Assembly (NCBI RefSeq): GCF_910592395.1
Contig: NC_088313.1
Span: 17,638,500-17,702,499, forward strand
DNA: 64,000 nucleotides
Source: Lineus longissimus
Lineage: Eukaryota
Direction of reading: 5' to 3'
The notes under the pieces were generated by a model, which had not been told where the DNA came from, did no database searches, and saw only the letters and a list, made by a program, of their open reading frames with translations. Positions 13,901 to 27,488 of the stretch are shown one piece after another (within the stretch, counting starts at the first letter, position 1; each line of letters starts with the position of its first letter). Both the position numbers and the translations under genes were made by a program.

Positions 13901-16400
13901 AAGATAGGTAAAATCTAAAGACTGTATATTATGTCCAGGAATTCAAGGTTTAGTGCAAACAACCTTCCACCTGTGGTTGTCTGAATACCAACATGTAAAA
14001 GATGCATTGTAGGTGGTTAATCACGTTTTAACAATTTTTTTAACCCATATTTCAATAATGTTATTCAAAATCAATTCAGTGAAAGTAAAAATCTATTAGT
14101 TGTGATTAATGTGCATACTTGTAAAATGCCCTATTGTGTTATTAGTATTTTGAAAAAATGTCAGTATATGGCCTAAGGAATGACTCAGCTATCGACAACT
14201 GCAGTTGAACAAAGAAAGCTTGGATCATGAAAGCACTGATATATTCTCCTTTTTAGAAATCGTGTCAGTTGCGTAAAAACGATTAATCATCAGAAGATGA
14301 AAATAAGGTGCTGTACCTGAGTAGTCAGAGGAGTCATAAGCTTGCTCATAATGGTATGCATATATCATGTCATATACCCATTGAATCAAGCTCAGCAAAA
14401 TACAGCGTTTCTTAGGTTTCCTGGCATTACCAGTAATGGACGGATTAACAAGATGTTGGGTTTTTAACCGATAAGGTTGTACATGTACTGTACTTTTACG
14501 ATATTGATCTTGGCTGGAGGTAGAACATGAAATCTGCGATAATAACCTAAATACGACATCATAATTATACCGAGCACATTCACCTTGGCCATCCATTATG
14601 GCGGTCATGTGATATAATGTACTTCTAAGATATATCGTGAACGTGACAAAGAGGCCCATTTCCCCTATTAACTGCCAACTGCTTAGAACAATGTTGAAAT
14701 TCGACTAACTTAAAGCAGTTCAAGTTATTTCTCCCTCGCAAAGTTGTTTAGAAATCCACTGTAATGGTGTGACATTGTAGATGAAATTTGGAAAAAATAT
14801 CTGTACGTCAACTCGCTTTCCGTTACACACCTGACAACAGCTCAATATCAGATTCTACTTTATTGAATATTTTTGACAACTGAAGCAACGAAAGCACCGT
14901 TGTTTTAAAAGTGCATTCAATGACAAAAGATCAGAATATCCTTCAACGTGACATGACATTTTGAAGATTCCATTTATTCAAACTGGGCTGAGAGATTGTG
15001 GTGGCTAAAAAACGAAACTATAACACCCGGTGGTGTTAAAATGAAGATATCTCAACCTGGATGTCAGAAACACACCACGTAAGTGACACCAGAGCCGAGT
15101 CAACCATGTTTAAGTAATTCACATTGACAGGACAATCAAAATGTAAATCACGCTTCACCGATGTGATGATAACAACTCTATTAAATTTATTTCTACATCG
15201 GAATAATGTGGAACGTGGAAGTGGTTCGAGCACAAGTTCAAAGTGTCCGTCCTAACAGCTTCTCGAACAACAGAAATCGCTTTCGTCGTACGCAATTTGA
15301 AGATCGGCACTATTTATTTTTTGGTATAAGGCACATTAGTGTAGCCGATCACCCAATTGCCACTTCATCCATACACCTTTTTTAACCTGTTCAAATGCAC
15401 TGTCTCTTCTTTTCCAGGGCGTATAGCTGGTTTGTTACACAAAGGGAACGGGTTTTGCTCATCAGCTATGTTATCTCAAGCCATCGAGGAGCGAAATGTA
15501 AAGCCCTGTAATCCCTAAAGGAATGGCCTCCTTCATCTTGCGCTAATGACTCTGAAGCTTTACTGCTATGTACTCAACGGCACGTTCCTTACACCTAAAG
15601 GAAAGTTTAATCCGGCCTCAATACGAAAGAATATCGATGACCTCCTGTATAGATAAGACACACTTCTTTACTCTAGTTAGGTTGAGTCGCTTGAAAATTT
15701 AGCGCTGGTCCAAGCATGAACGTAAATCTAGCGTAAATTGAACAGTATGGCAGGTTTCTAACTTCATTTTTGAGATGATCGATTCAGTTCAAATGACCTT
15801 TTGGCGATTCTGAGGAGTAGGCACGGCTACTCTCATTAGTTAAAAGGAAACAAAGAACCTCCTCATAGTTATTTAGAGTACGTTCCTCTTAGTGTACTCG
15901 ATCAATGACTCTGTATTCCTGTTTTTCAATCCGCCAACATCAGAAGTTGAAGATGACCCCGGCGCATCTAGGCATCAATTGCGAGAAGCCAGCAATCCCT
16001 CTCTAACTACCTAATCTGCAAATGTCATTCAAGTAGCTCGGTTTGAATGTCTCAATATCTTTGAGACAGAAAGAAACCTACTGGTATCGCGTTAACCAAC
16101 CAGAAAAGGTTCGGCGATTCATTAAACGTCTTTTATGGCGGTCACGTTTTCGTCGTCAACAAACATGTGCTTTAAATAACCTGCAGAGGAGATAGAGTTA
16201 TCTTTGAGATGACCACACTGACCACCAATCACGTCTCTGAGACAAACCTGTGGTAGGGCTGCCTCTTTATCATGCATTGATTGTCACTGATAGCCACACT
16301 GACCTCTCACCGCTTCCTTCCTCCTTACAGACGGTCAGTGACTCGAGTCAGATACGTGATCGAGCCGTCTTATGGAAGATTTCTAACTTTTTGCGTTATG

Positions 16401-16758
16401 AGTAGTAGTATAAGTATCTGGTTGATTCCCAACCAGATACGTATGAGGTAGGCGTTAGGGCCGTTTTGGGTTGCGGAATCAACCGATGGCTTGAGGCAGC
16501 GTTAGTGCCGTTTTGGTTATGGATTCCATTTTGGTTTTGGATGTTAGGGCCATTTTGGTGGATTTTATGGTTGATTCCCAAGCCGTTAGAGCCGTTTTGG
16601 TTGCGGGATCAACCGATGGTTTGAGGCAGCGTTAGTGCCGTTTTGGTTTTGGATTCCGTTTTGGTTTTGGATTTTAGGGCCGTTTTGGTGGATTCTATGG
16701 TTGATTCCCAAGTCGTTAGGGCCGTTTTGGTTTGGGAATCAACCATATACTACTACTG
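16401..16758. mobile_element. Non-autonomous TIR-bounded (MITE-like) element carrying an internal satellite-like tandem array
   Basis: The left terminus agtagtagtataagtatctggttgattcccaacc (16401-16434) matches the reverse complement of the right terminus gtttgggaatcaaccatatactactact (16728-16758): the first 12 bp are identical, followed by a 6-bp indel and then a shared tggttgattccc. The interior holds about 2.3 copies of a ~130-bp unit (ttgcgg(a/g)atcaaccgatgg(c/t)ttgaggcagcgttagtgccgttttggtt... recurs at 16471 and 16601). The sub-motif g(c/t)c(g/a)ttttggt(t/g) recurs about 9 times. There is no ORF, and no clear target-site duplication. Confidence 0.6.
16441..16740. repeat. ~130-bp tandem repeat, ~2.3 copies, internal to the TIR element. 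Each unit contains the inverted pair ggaatcaaccgatgg / atggttgattcc
   Basis: Period 130, measured between ttgcggaatcaacc (16471) and ttgcgggatcaacc (16601). The copies are >90% identical by eye. The ORFs 16635-16907 and 16643-16864 (MPFWFWIPFWFW...) are artefacts of this repeat. Confidence 0.85.
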
Positions 16759-19453
16759 TAATGGTAGTTTCAGCCAAGTTTGTCTGCTTCCTTTTACAGC
16801 ACTTTATTATACCAGCATTGATCGAGATGGCCAATTTGCTGGCTATTTTTCGTGGCTCTGGTAACTCCATGATACTAAGCAGGTTAAGGCGGAGACCGAA
16901 AACATAATTTCTGATAAAATGCATTTGTTGTTTTTTTTAAAGTTAAACGAATGCGTGTGCAGAGATACATAGATGGCAATAGCGCAGAGCAGTCCTGTCC
17001 GAGTTACATCGTGTTGCAAACTTCGCAGCACCACCCACCCAATCTGTACTCCAGTCCAGCGTTAATCTGCTAATTCCTGACACCCTATCGGACTACAGCC
17101 AATACTGGAGTACGATTCCAACACCCATTTACATCATGTCATCATTTATCCGTACAAAGGTGATGTATTAGAGTACGGGACAGTCAAGCTACGAGAGACT
17201 CCATGCCGCCCCCGGCTTTGTTGGAGAAATCCACGCTTTTCCGTAAAGTAGCTTATTCCCTGCCGAGTTCTGGCCAATAAGTTATAACGAGGGCACCTAG
17301 TAATTGCCAGCATCCATTCCCACAAGCTGACGTAGGTAAGCTAACAATCAAAACATGGCTACAGTAACGTGATCGTGCTTATTTACCCTGGGTGGCAATA
17401 TGTTCTGACCATTACCCCAGGGCATGCCGATTATTACCCTTGCTACAGATATTGAACCGAGGGTCGCCAAATGATTACTTTATATGGTGTTGTTTTGGCA
17501 ACAGGGAGCACGTGGACAGATCAGATCAGAATTATTTCATTTCAAAAATAATAAGTTGTGTATCTATCGTCCGGTTATCAAAATTATATAAAATGTAACT
17601 GAGTGTTTGTTGCTACAACTGTTCCATTGACCCCACTTTAGCCGTGGTTGCTTACAACACTAAACGTCTGGAAGGCATTATCACCGACCTCTTGGAAAGG
17701 AGTTAAAAGAACTACAGCTGCTAGTGATTTTAGAAGCTTGGTGTTGCTTTCATTGTCAGTTTCTACTGCTGACATTATGCCCTCACTCTCAATCAGGTTA
17801 TTATCCATCTCGCACGTCTGATATTGTCAAAGATGTATTTCATATCTCATAATATTATTGTCAGTGATGTAGTACACCTTTTTGTTATCGTGGCTGTGAT
17901 TACGAGTATTTCGTACGATGATGGGCTTCCTCCTACGCTGGTTGATAGAAGGAATCGCCAGCCTCACGTAATGAAACTCACAGGGAGACGATAGAAATTG
18001 TAATCAATCCATCTGTCCAAGCAAGGTTGTGACTGCATGGCAGTTGTGATACCAACCCTGTTCTGCGCCAGTATTGAGTCAACTCGTCACATTCACAATT
18101 ACAGCAACCCACCGATATAGCATACAAGCAGTGATAAGAGATATGACACACCAATACGTTCAATAACAATTCCACTTTATCAAGCAAATAATTTAATCAT
18201 TGTCACTATTAATATGTTATTTGTTTCGTGTTTATTGTACAAACAGAATTTATTGGTAAACAAGCTGCAGCAACATGTATTCGCAAAGTATTATTAATAA
18301 ACAAAATCAGTGTTATTGATCGAGTGTATTCTCGTTTGCTGATGCGCGTTATACTAATGACAGCATAACTGTATGAATGCAGCACTTTATGTCTAAGAAT
18401 ATTGTTGACTGGTTGAGAAGGCATTGTGTCATCCTATCGATTTCCCAAAAGGATCAAAGAAAATTGATTTCAAATAAAAAAACGTTTTATGCACTTTTGT
18501 ATTTTGGTACATCTCTATCATCATGTTATTGAATTAATATTAAGGTAACAAAGAAATCTTATTTTCAATCAACTCATTTAATGTTGGTTAGCTTTTATCT
18601 TTGTATCGTGACGGTTATCCGACGATTAATAGATACTTAAATAGACTTAGTAGTTTTAACACTGCACATATCATCTGCACAACTTTATAATTAGTGGGGT
18701 AGTGGCGTTTTTTCATGCAGAAACATCAACGCCGACTGTTAATTTCTATGTCAATCGTGTTCAAGAACATGCTCTAAGGGGATGGTTTTTTAAACCGGTC
18801 TAAAGTAGTTTGACGCTTTTGCTTGCGGTCGAGCAGAACAACAGCATATCCACGGATCGGTAACTGAAATGCCGATTGGTTTATTCACTCCGTGGCTTAA
18901 AAGACTGCGTACTCTTTCATTGGTCTTCATTAGGTTTGCTTACTGTTTCGCCATTTACTTCCTGGTGGTATCAAATTACGCAGAAGAAGCTGAAGAGACC
19001 CCGCGTTGTATTTTTTCACGGTTGTGCGAATAATCATCAATGACACTCGTCGCAACAACCAGCATTTAGGCTAAAAGCAGTTTTTCATCTTTCAAAGAGA
19101 AATGTAGGGCGGTAGAGTTATATTTTCATGCTAAGTTCTAAATATACCTGCCAAAAGGTCGCAATCGCATTAGTAACAATATCTCCGCAATGACACTTAA
19201 TGCTAATGTGTAACATGACAGGTCAGCGACACCACGGCCTTCAAATGTCAGCCGGTCTTCCAACTCTCCAACAGCTATCATCTCTTTTGTGGTTCCCTTA
19301 TTACGAAAACCCTGCGATCTTTTTGTATCCGGCTGTTTATAGACCAATCATGATTATTGAAGCCTTCCAACTTATTGTGAGACCCTGCAAGTGAGACTAG
19401 CCGATTAAGTCGTCAGGGCGGCTCACCTACCATGTCTCATGGAGGGGGTGGCC

Positions 19454-19525
19454 GGTCGTTTCGCTCCATGACCTTTTCGCCAGCATTCGTTTCGCTAAAA
19501 ATCGAAGTCGTTTCGCTCCTTGGGA
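19454..19525. repeat. Three spaced copies of the short motif (g)tcgtttcgct(cc)
   Basis: The motif occurs as ggtcgtttcgctccatgacc (19454), cattcgtttcgctaaaaatcg (19485) and agtcgtttcgctccttggg (19506), all within a GC-richer patch. Confidence 0.4.
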
Positions 19526-21208
19526 CTTAGGGATGGTTTTGAAGCTTGGCAAGTGGGGTAATGGAGAAAGCCCGGGGTACCAAATTGCTTTTTACTAAAG
19601 ATATAATACTTTTGAGTTGCGAGGAACGGGAAGATACGCTGAATCAATCAACTGATCCGATCAACTGGATCTCTTGGGTGCAGAGCGAGCAAGTCATTGG
19701 GGAAGTCTTGTTTCTTTATATAATGTATAAAAGTGATTTGTTGTTGACTATAGGAAGTTTAAGGTGGCTGGAAAAGGCCATGAAATTAGTTTTTATAACT
19801 CCGGCGCCCGACTTAAGGAAGCGAGGCTGCATGTTTCATATAACGCTTGTTGGCTGATCATACTTGGTCCCCCAATTCTGTGGTACGGCCTCATCTTGGG
19901 ATTTGTCGTAAATCCAAAGGACGCCAAGTCGTCCGCACGACTGATTGAGATATAAACCTCTGTCTTCTCCCAAATCATCCATTGAGGCCTGCTACTTCTT
20001 TGGCACCAGATCCTACGTCGAAGAGATGAAGGGAAAACTGATGGTGACCTCTTGTTATGTGATAGTCATATCAATTCATTTCGCTGATCGAATTGTATAA
20101 CCTGTAGGCCCCAGGGAGTTGTTTACTTCTGATCTCTTAAACGACCCTTTCACTCAACCAGCCACCAGACATCTGCCTCTTGATATGATGGCGTCTTTTG
20201 TGTCATACGGGTATCATTTTCTCTGGCCACAACATTGTTGACGTCGCCATACAAATGTGGTCATACTTAGCAGATGGTGACTGCCTTAATAAGTTACCTT
20301 TGCGGGGTCTCACATTAGGCAGAAACTCATTACTGATTTGTTGTCTTTTATAAAAACATTGCAGTTAAAACATATCTGGTCATGAAAGGTTTTGTGGCAA
20401 TGAAATAGGCACCAGTACACAAGCAGGTATCAGATCCATGATTCAAACAAAAGTAATTTACGCAAACTTCGAAAACCGGGTGTGTGATATCCCAGTGGAA
20501 GGCCACGCATACGCCAAATATGGTCCCAAAGGATCTTGTATTACAAAATGTGCCGGAGGCAAAAAAAGCTTTGTCGTGTTGGCCCTGCATCAGGTGGTAA
20601 AGTCAATAAACGGTGTCATTATCAGAATCGGTACCAGATCCTGCCGCAAATCAATCAAGTTCCCGTGCGTCCTTTTGATTAGTCAAGTAGTTGACCAACA
20701 TCGTTCAGGCGAATGCAATCAGGATGCCAAATAATACGACATACATAATATGCTTGTCAATCTGCTCTTTGCGGATATGGTTTACAAAGTGTTTACTGAG
20801 ACAAACAAGAGCTATGCGTATGCTTGTGGGCAATGGCGACGAGGACAAATTCGCTTTGGCATGTTTGAAGGGTATTCAAGTTCGAGCGAACACCTGGCAA
20901 GAAAGCCAGGTTAGCCAACAGTTATTCTGCGAGAAGACGTTTTCATCTCAATGATATTTGCTTTGGCTCGTGAAATTATCAGAGAATTACAGGTTACCAT
21001 TCGGACCAGTTGACGCTCCAACAAATTGGCAAACGTTCATATGATTTGTCACTTCTTTTGTTTAGCAAGTCCGGTGCGCGGTTTTTCATCAAGCCCCCAT
21101 AATTGGCCTGTCATTTTCTATCTCGTGCTGTGGAAGCCTTTGACCTGTGATTTTGATTATGGTGATTGGTTTTCTCAGATGGTGTAGGAATCAACACCCA
21201 ACGGGAGA

Positions 21209-21221
21209 GGGGGGGGGGGGG
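21209..21221. other. G13 homopolymer (gagag + 13 G + tcaaag)
   Basis: Counted directly from the sequence. Confidence 0.9.
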
Positions 21222-21513
21222 TCAAAGCACAATGGTTAATCCAAAACTATTGCACAAAGTTGCTATCAGATGCAGACAGAATAGGGAGATTTTCGGAAAC
21301 GACAGTAAAAAACTTGTTTTGCTTCATCCTCATCCGCCCCAGCGTTCGCGTTTAGCTGGATAGCTTGTATAGTTCATGAAAGGACATTTTTTGTACCAAT
21401 CATAAATAGACAAGAGCAGTTTGGTTTTTTTGGTTCTAGTCTTACCATTAATGTTTTATTACTGTTTTTACCGTCTATTGTTCTATACATTGTTTGACAT
21501 CTTGCACATTTTT

Positions 21514-21700
21514 CGTCTATGGTATTCTGGTTCTTCTTCAGGATAACCATAAGAATGGCAAACCAAACATTTTTTTTTTTTTTTTTTTTTTAGTGTATAT
21601 CATGGATTCGTCTATGGTATTCTGGTTCTTCTTCAGGATAACCATAAGAATGGCAAACCAAAATTTTTTTTTTTTTTTTTTTTTTAGTGTATATCATGGA
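21514..21700. repeat. Tandem duplication 2 x 95 bp, each copy ending in a T22 homopolymer followed by agtgtatatcatggat
   Basis: cgtctatggtattctggttcttcttcaggataaccataagaatggcaaaccaaa(c/a)a, then T22, then agtgtatatcatggat, occurs starting at 21514 and again at 21609. Both T-runs are 22 nt (21570-21591 and 21664-21685). Apart from that the copies differ at only 1-2 positions. Confidence 0.95.
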
Positions 21701-24700
21701 TCAGCTCGGTATGATATTTAAAATGGCTATTCTCACATTTAATATGTCGTTCTTTTTCTCCTTCAGAAGCAACAGAAAAGGTCAGGCCTTTACAAGCCAT
21801 TATATCATGAAAATAAAATCTCATTCTCGATCATACAAAAGGATCTCATGCGTAAAGAGCACCTAGCATTATATATTTCTGTCAGCAGCAATCACAGGCC
21901 TATAACTTGCATCGTATCATGACAATTGTAATACTGTCTTATCCGTGATATCACAGAACGAACTCATGCGTAAAGGCGACCTTCCAGAAAATATCTTATT
22001 TCTAAATGTCATTTCTTTCAACAGCTATTGTAATCGCCATTTGCATGCCTCCACAATGACGATACAGTCGTATTGTTCTTAAGAAAAGATTAGTGCTATT
22101 AATAACACTTTATCAACTGCTGAATGCAAATGAAGAAATTCGCTAATTTGTGGGTAGCTCATTCGTGACAGATCTTTCCGTAATGCTGGTTGCAATTGCC
22201 ATTTACATGCATTTCATGAAAAATGCACTTAATCGAAAGGAACACACTGCGTTGTTAATTTCACTACCACACGCATGAAGTAGATAAGCATGAGCAGATT
22301 TTACCATGCGTGATATCTTAATCAGGTATGAGCAGCAATTAGGATGATGAATATTAATTGTTTATTAAGATTTCGATGCTTATTTGATGATTATTTGTCG
22401 TGTGCATGATACACATTTCAATAAATAATGCGAACAGGAAATTGATATACCGAGTATTATGTATGTAGAGTATGATTGGGTTTTTTCGATGCAATTGGCG
22501 TAAATTTAAATGACTCAGGGCTTTAGATGCTCTATAGCTACATGCTATACTCGTATTGAATCAACAGAGGAAAACCAGGGAACACCTTTTAAAGATCGTG
22601 ACATTGACATGTTACAGACCAGACAGCCCAAAATATGCGTTGTTTTATAGCTTGAACATGTTAGGGAACAGAACAAAGTTAGTGGGTAACGGGCTTCGTA
22701 TCTGTTGCATGCAAAGCTATAATTACTCCTGCCTTTTGTCAGGCGTGTTGTCTCAAAACTGGTAATCTCAGCTTAAAAGCAGTTATAACTGTTTTCCGGA
22801 TTGTTTCGGAAAGCTCGAGCTCGTAAATCTTCTCTAACAGATAGATGTTGTGCAACTAAAGCTAACATGGATGAACGCAAACACGGCTCGAGAGCAATTA
22901 ATCTTACTTGTAGGCGAATTGGCATTGCTAATGAGTCTGAAACTAAGCCTGACATGTCTAGCCTGCAAAACATTCGTGTTTTAGAGTTGGGCCCCAGGAC
23001 AGGAAGGCTTTTACATGATTATTATTGATAATAAATGGATTTTGTTCTAGTAACTGGATCACATTCCATCTGCGTTAGGCGACTCATACCAAAACAACCC
23101 GGGAGACTCGTCAATGCCAGAATAACAACACTCACACAACTGGTATGAGGCTGCATTGATCGGTCAAAGATGTGGCCATGACAAAACGGTCTCTAGTCTA
23201 GTTGAATTTAGTTTCGCTTATTCAAACGTCTTCCTAAAACCTTTACGGATCATCACTAATTGGTACTTCCAAAAGTTGAATGGTACTCTCACAATCGCAA
23301 TAACAGTCATAAGGTTTGGAAATCACGGAACAGGTCTATCACAGAGAGAAAATCGATATAAAATCATCGAAAGAACCTACGGCAATCTGACAACCCAATA
23401 TGGACGATACCAAGATACTTGTTATTGCTTTACACGTGTATATGATGGTGTACATCATTACACGTTCGTACAAGGTCTCCGGGGAGTACATTGATCCTGT
23501 GATCTTGATCCAATGATGATGCGATGTGACCAATAGTCACATAAATTTTCCTTTGAAGGGAATACTCCTTTGAGGTCATTCTCTCAACAGTATATGGTCG
23601 GCAGAAGTAGGACTGACAATCTTACCAGATTTTGCATCCGTTTACGCATGCGTATTAATAAGTAACCAACGTAACCAAGCCATAAAACTAAGCTAAATGA
23701 TTAAAAATATTTCTTCACATAAATATTTTGGTCAAATCATTAAAGAATACCTGTTACTTCTCCGAAGACAAACACATATAACCATATGTATTTTCAATTG
23801 TAGGGCTGAACAATAAAAAGCCTATCCGTATTCTCTCGACTTCATGTTTCTATAAATTAAGTACATTTATCGTTTACCAATATTAAAACAACTGCAATTG
23901 ACACAGTGTTTCTCGTTCTTATATGACTGATGCATTATTTAGCGTTTTGTCCCCTTTTCGTGTTCTATCTGGTTTCGTTTTAGATTTTTAAATGAATTAA
24001 ACTGTATACACATTGTTAATTGATTCAACTTATATATCTGATGTATTTTTATCGTCATTACCATGATATATCCGGTTGGGTCTTTGTCCCTATTTGATTC
24101 AACCTTTCGATTCATTGAACAAGCAATAATTGGAATTTCTCTGCAATAACCCAATATCTAAAGAACAATCTCAAGTCTATAACCAATAACAGAGGCCCTG
24201 CGGTGCTGGGAGAGGAGGTTTTTCTCTTAGATGCATCAGAAGTATAGTAAGGACAGCTACAGATTCACATCATTTCTGACAGAACGAGAGACTGTTAACA
24301 TCCATGCATCAAAAAAAAATTCTTATTTAACATTGCAAACGGTGACTTGCGAATGATGAAGAAAGTGTAGCAGATATTATATCAGTGGCCATCACAAGTC
24401 TTTCATTACAATGTCTTTCAACCAACTGAACTCAATATTCACAAAGAAAGATATTGTTAAGGATCAAAAGGAGTTTTCATAAGGTCAGTTTAAGGCAAGG
24501 AAGGGCAAAGCATTTTCAAACGGAGTCAAGAGTGATCCCAAGGCTTATTTAAAGGACTAGTTTATTTTTTTTCTGTCTAACAGTAATGAAGAACTTAAAA
24601 CTAACTTAAACCCTCTCTGGCATGCCACATGGTCACATATTTAGATCTACTGAAGCAAGCATTGTTTCTGACACACACTGTATATTAATTGAAAACTGAC

Positions 24701-27416
24701 GACATGAAGACGCGACCTACGGATGATGATTATGATAGATAACCCGCGGCCATATTAAACAATATTAGTTTTGCATTTCTCGTCGCCATGCCGAGACTGA
24801 CTTGGTTTAACCTCTCCTATATAATAATATCTTACTATTTAATTGCATGGCCTTGGGGATGTACCGGGTTTATAGCTTATTCAGTGTTCACATGGTCGTT
24901 TTGCCTTATCATGAATATGGTAACCATATCGATAGAAATTAAGCAGTTTCACTGTACCTTTTGAAAGACTACTGGAATGGATAGATATAGTGACAATTTC
25001 CAAAGCGAACTTTTTATGAAATTCGTTTAAATATAAAATCTTTATCTGACAACATCACTTCTTTAAGCATGCACCTAGTGAATTCATACTCACAAAGAAA
25101 ACAATAGCATTTTCCTTAAGGGCTACGTTAGAATACCTTTATGGCCATTCATAAAAAAATTAAAAACTCACAACAATTAAGATTGTTCAAAAACTACATC
25201 TGGCATTCATCGGTGTGCAATCTATGTACATATAACTTACTGCTTCATTTGGATTCTTTTGTTTTTATTAACTGTCTCAAGTTCTAGAACTATATTATGG
25301 ATAATCATTCAAAGTTCTGAAAGCATAATTTGAGTTTGATATGCTGAATAAACTTGAAAGAAACAGTTCATGCCAGAAGACATTCTTTAACGCTTTCTCG
25401 AAAGGGGAAGAAGGTCCAGCTAGAGAAGAATAGTGATCGGGTATTTTCAGCTTTAAGATATTCTGACATGCTCCCTTTGTTGGAACAGCAGATTGGATTG
25501 CTCTGCCAACAAGAACAGAAATGTGCCAAGACAAAAAAGCAATGAAATCATTAAGGACGCAGTAATGATCCCCTGATGTTGACGTGAATTGACAGTACCA
25601 ATGTTAAGACGACGTGAGACTATATTTACCGAGTGGGTAAATATCAAAATGTGTAATAATGGGAGGGCCATGGCGCAATCAGGGAATGAATTATCCACAA
25701 CCACTTTTCACCAATTTATTTGTTTTGCAAGGTGACCTTCTTTTTTACAGCTAACCAACTTAGGTGCTATTAAGAGAATTAACTTGTTGACACTCTCAAA
25801 CAAAACGATCTTTGCTTGGCGACTGTTGTGTTTTGTACTCATCTAACTGCAGAAGAACGCCATGATGATATCAGATGACAAGTTCTTATATCACCATTGC
25901 ATTAGGTTGGGTGTGGTATTCTGCAATTGCTAATTATTGTCAGTCGATTGCAGAACGATACTCTCAACCAAATGTCGTGTATTTTGCTTTGCGACCATAA
26001 TATTGGAAGCTCAGCAGTTTTTCCATTCCCCAGAATCTATGAAGAGTGTAGTTTGTGTATTTTTGCATGCAAGGTGCCCTACAAATCTCGCTGTATTTGA
26101 CCTGAAGTAGGCTTTAACCCTTATCATCTGAGCATACCGAGGGCCGATTAATACAATGAGTGATTTCATTAGTGTAGAGATTCCAAAAGGAAATAGCTCG
26201 GGCATACACGGAATTAGCATGATTTGACTGCGGAGCACAGGAACTTGAGTTCTTGTGGCTAATTGATCAATGGCGTACCGAGTACACTCACGAAACCCTC
26301 CAATGAGATCGTGTGTATATGACGCACGCACAGCCAGCGGTGAGCATGACCAATTGCGGGAGGCACTCAGGAAGGGGGTTGCAGGTGCGCAGTAACGATG
26401 ATGAACTGACTGGAGTAAACATTTTCTCAAAATGTTCTTGTTTTTCTCCATTGTCTTCTTATACCGTTTGCTTATTGATGCAATGAGGGCGACACAGTGA
26501 GCAAGCTGTACACGGTCCTGATTCTCTAAGTTGTCCGTAGTAAACTCGTTATAATATCAGTGATGATATTGCTTCTAAAATCCGCTTCTGACACACGACA
26601 CGTTTTGCATGCTGTCCTTAGTCCTAATGCTGACATCAGTTTGCCTCCAAAAGCTGCAGCCTTTACCAAATCCTTTGAAGAAGATGCAAATATCATTTCC
26701 GGCTTTCTTCTATAATAGCATTACCTTAGCTATATATCTACATAATATGTCTACTTTGTTCCTGTCGTTGTTATTTGAATGAATTAGCAATTGACACATG
26801 CACGTTGGATAGTATCCAAATCAGCATCGGTGTTTTAAATAAAAATCAAGAGGGTTCGATTTCAGCGACGAGGGTTCGCTTTATCGCATCAATGTCAGTT
26901 GCACCTAAGGAAGATGTTGACAAATCCCTTTCAACCCAACGGCCATCAGCATTGCCATCAGCTTTATGACCTGCCCATAGCTCCATCACTCCAAAACACA
27001 CTAGCCGCATCCCGTACATAACTTGATTACGTACAATTTAAGCATAGTCTAGCGAGCCATAAAGAATTACTTCCACATCATTTCCGAAGCGTGCATATCA
27101 GTCTCAAATTAATTAGCCTTGCGTCTTTCTTGTCAGCTTACCATAAACAGATTAACCACGGCGACCAGTTGGACAAGTGGCGGGTTTGAAAGCTAGAAGG
27201 TCTTATGCTTGGCGTAACTCACTAATTCGGACTGTGCACCTAATCCATAGTCATGCGTGAGCTCAAACAGAGTGTCACATGTCCAATCAAGTATGCATAA
27301 TACTGCAGTCATGAGTGTTTGGTAACATAGTTCATCAACTAACTCAAGGACAGCATGGTCAATCTACTTCGTTGATAACTTAATATCAAGGTTGGGGGAT
27401 TACCCGACTAGATCTA

Positions 27417-27488
27417 AGATGGGCGAATTCTGCGCTGTAACTCGATAATTCCAAAGATGGGTCAATCCTGCGCTGTATCAATTATCAT
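27417..27488. repeat. Short tandem duplication 2 x ~34 bp (period 38)
   Basis: agatgggcgaattctgcgctgtaactcgataatt followed by agatgggtcaatcctgcgctgtatcaattatcat. Confidence 0.7.

Noticed and set aside
16441-16740. CRISPR-like appearance, with the short motif gccgttttggtt recurring at intervals
   Set aside because: The recurring motif is only 12-14 bp and degenerate. The 'spacers' are themselves repeated with 130-bp periodicity. There are no cas-like ORFs anywhere, and the window is eukaryote-like. It is a satellite-type tandem repeat, not a CRISPR array.
16635-16907. ORFs MPFWFWIPFWFWILGPFWW... and MVLDSVLVLDFRAVLV..., which look like repetitive proteins
   Set aside because: They are translations of the 130-bp tandem repeat (ccgttttggtt motif). 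The periodic amino-acid pattern mirrors the DNA repeat, so they are not genes.
17044-17107. 10-bp inverted repeat gtactccagt ... actggagtac, 45 bp apart, as a MITE or hairpin
   Set aside because: It is too short and isolated, with no TIR-like extension or flanking duplication.
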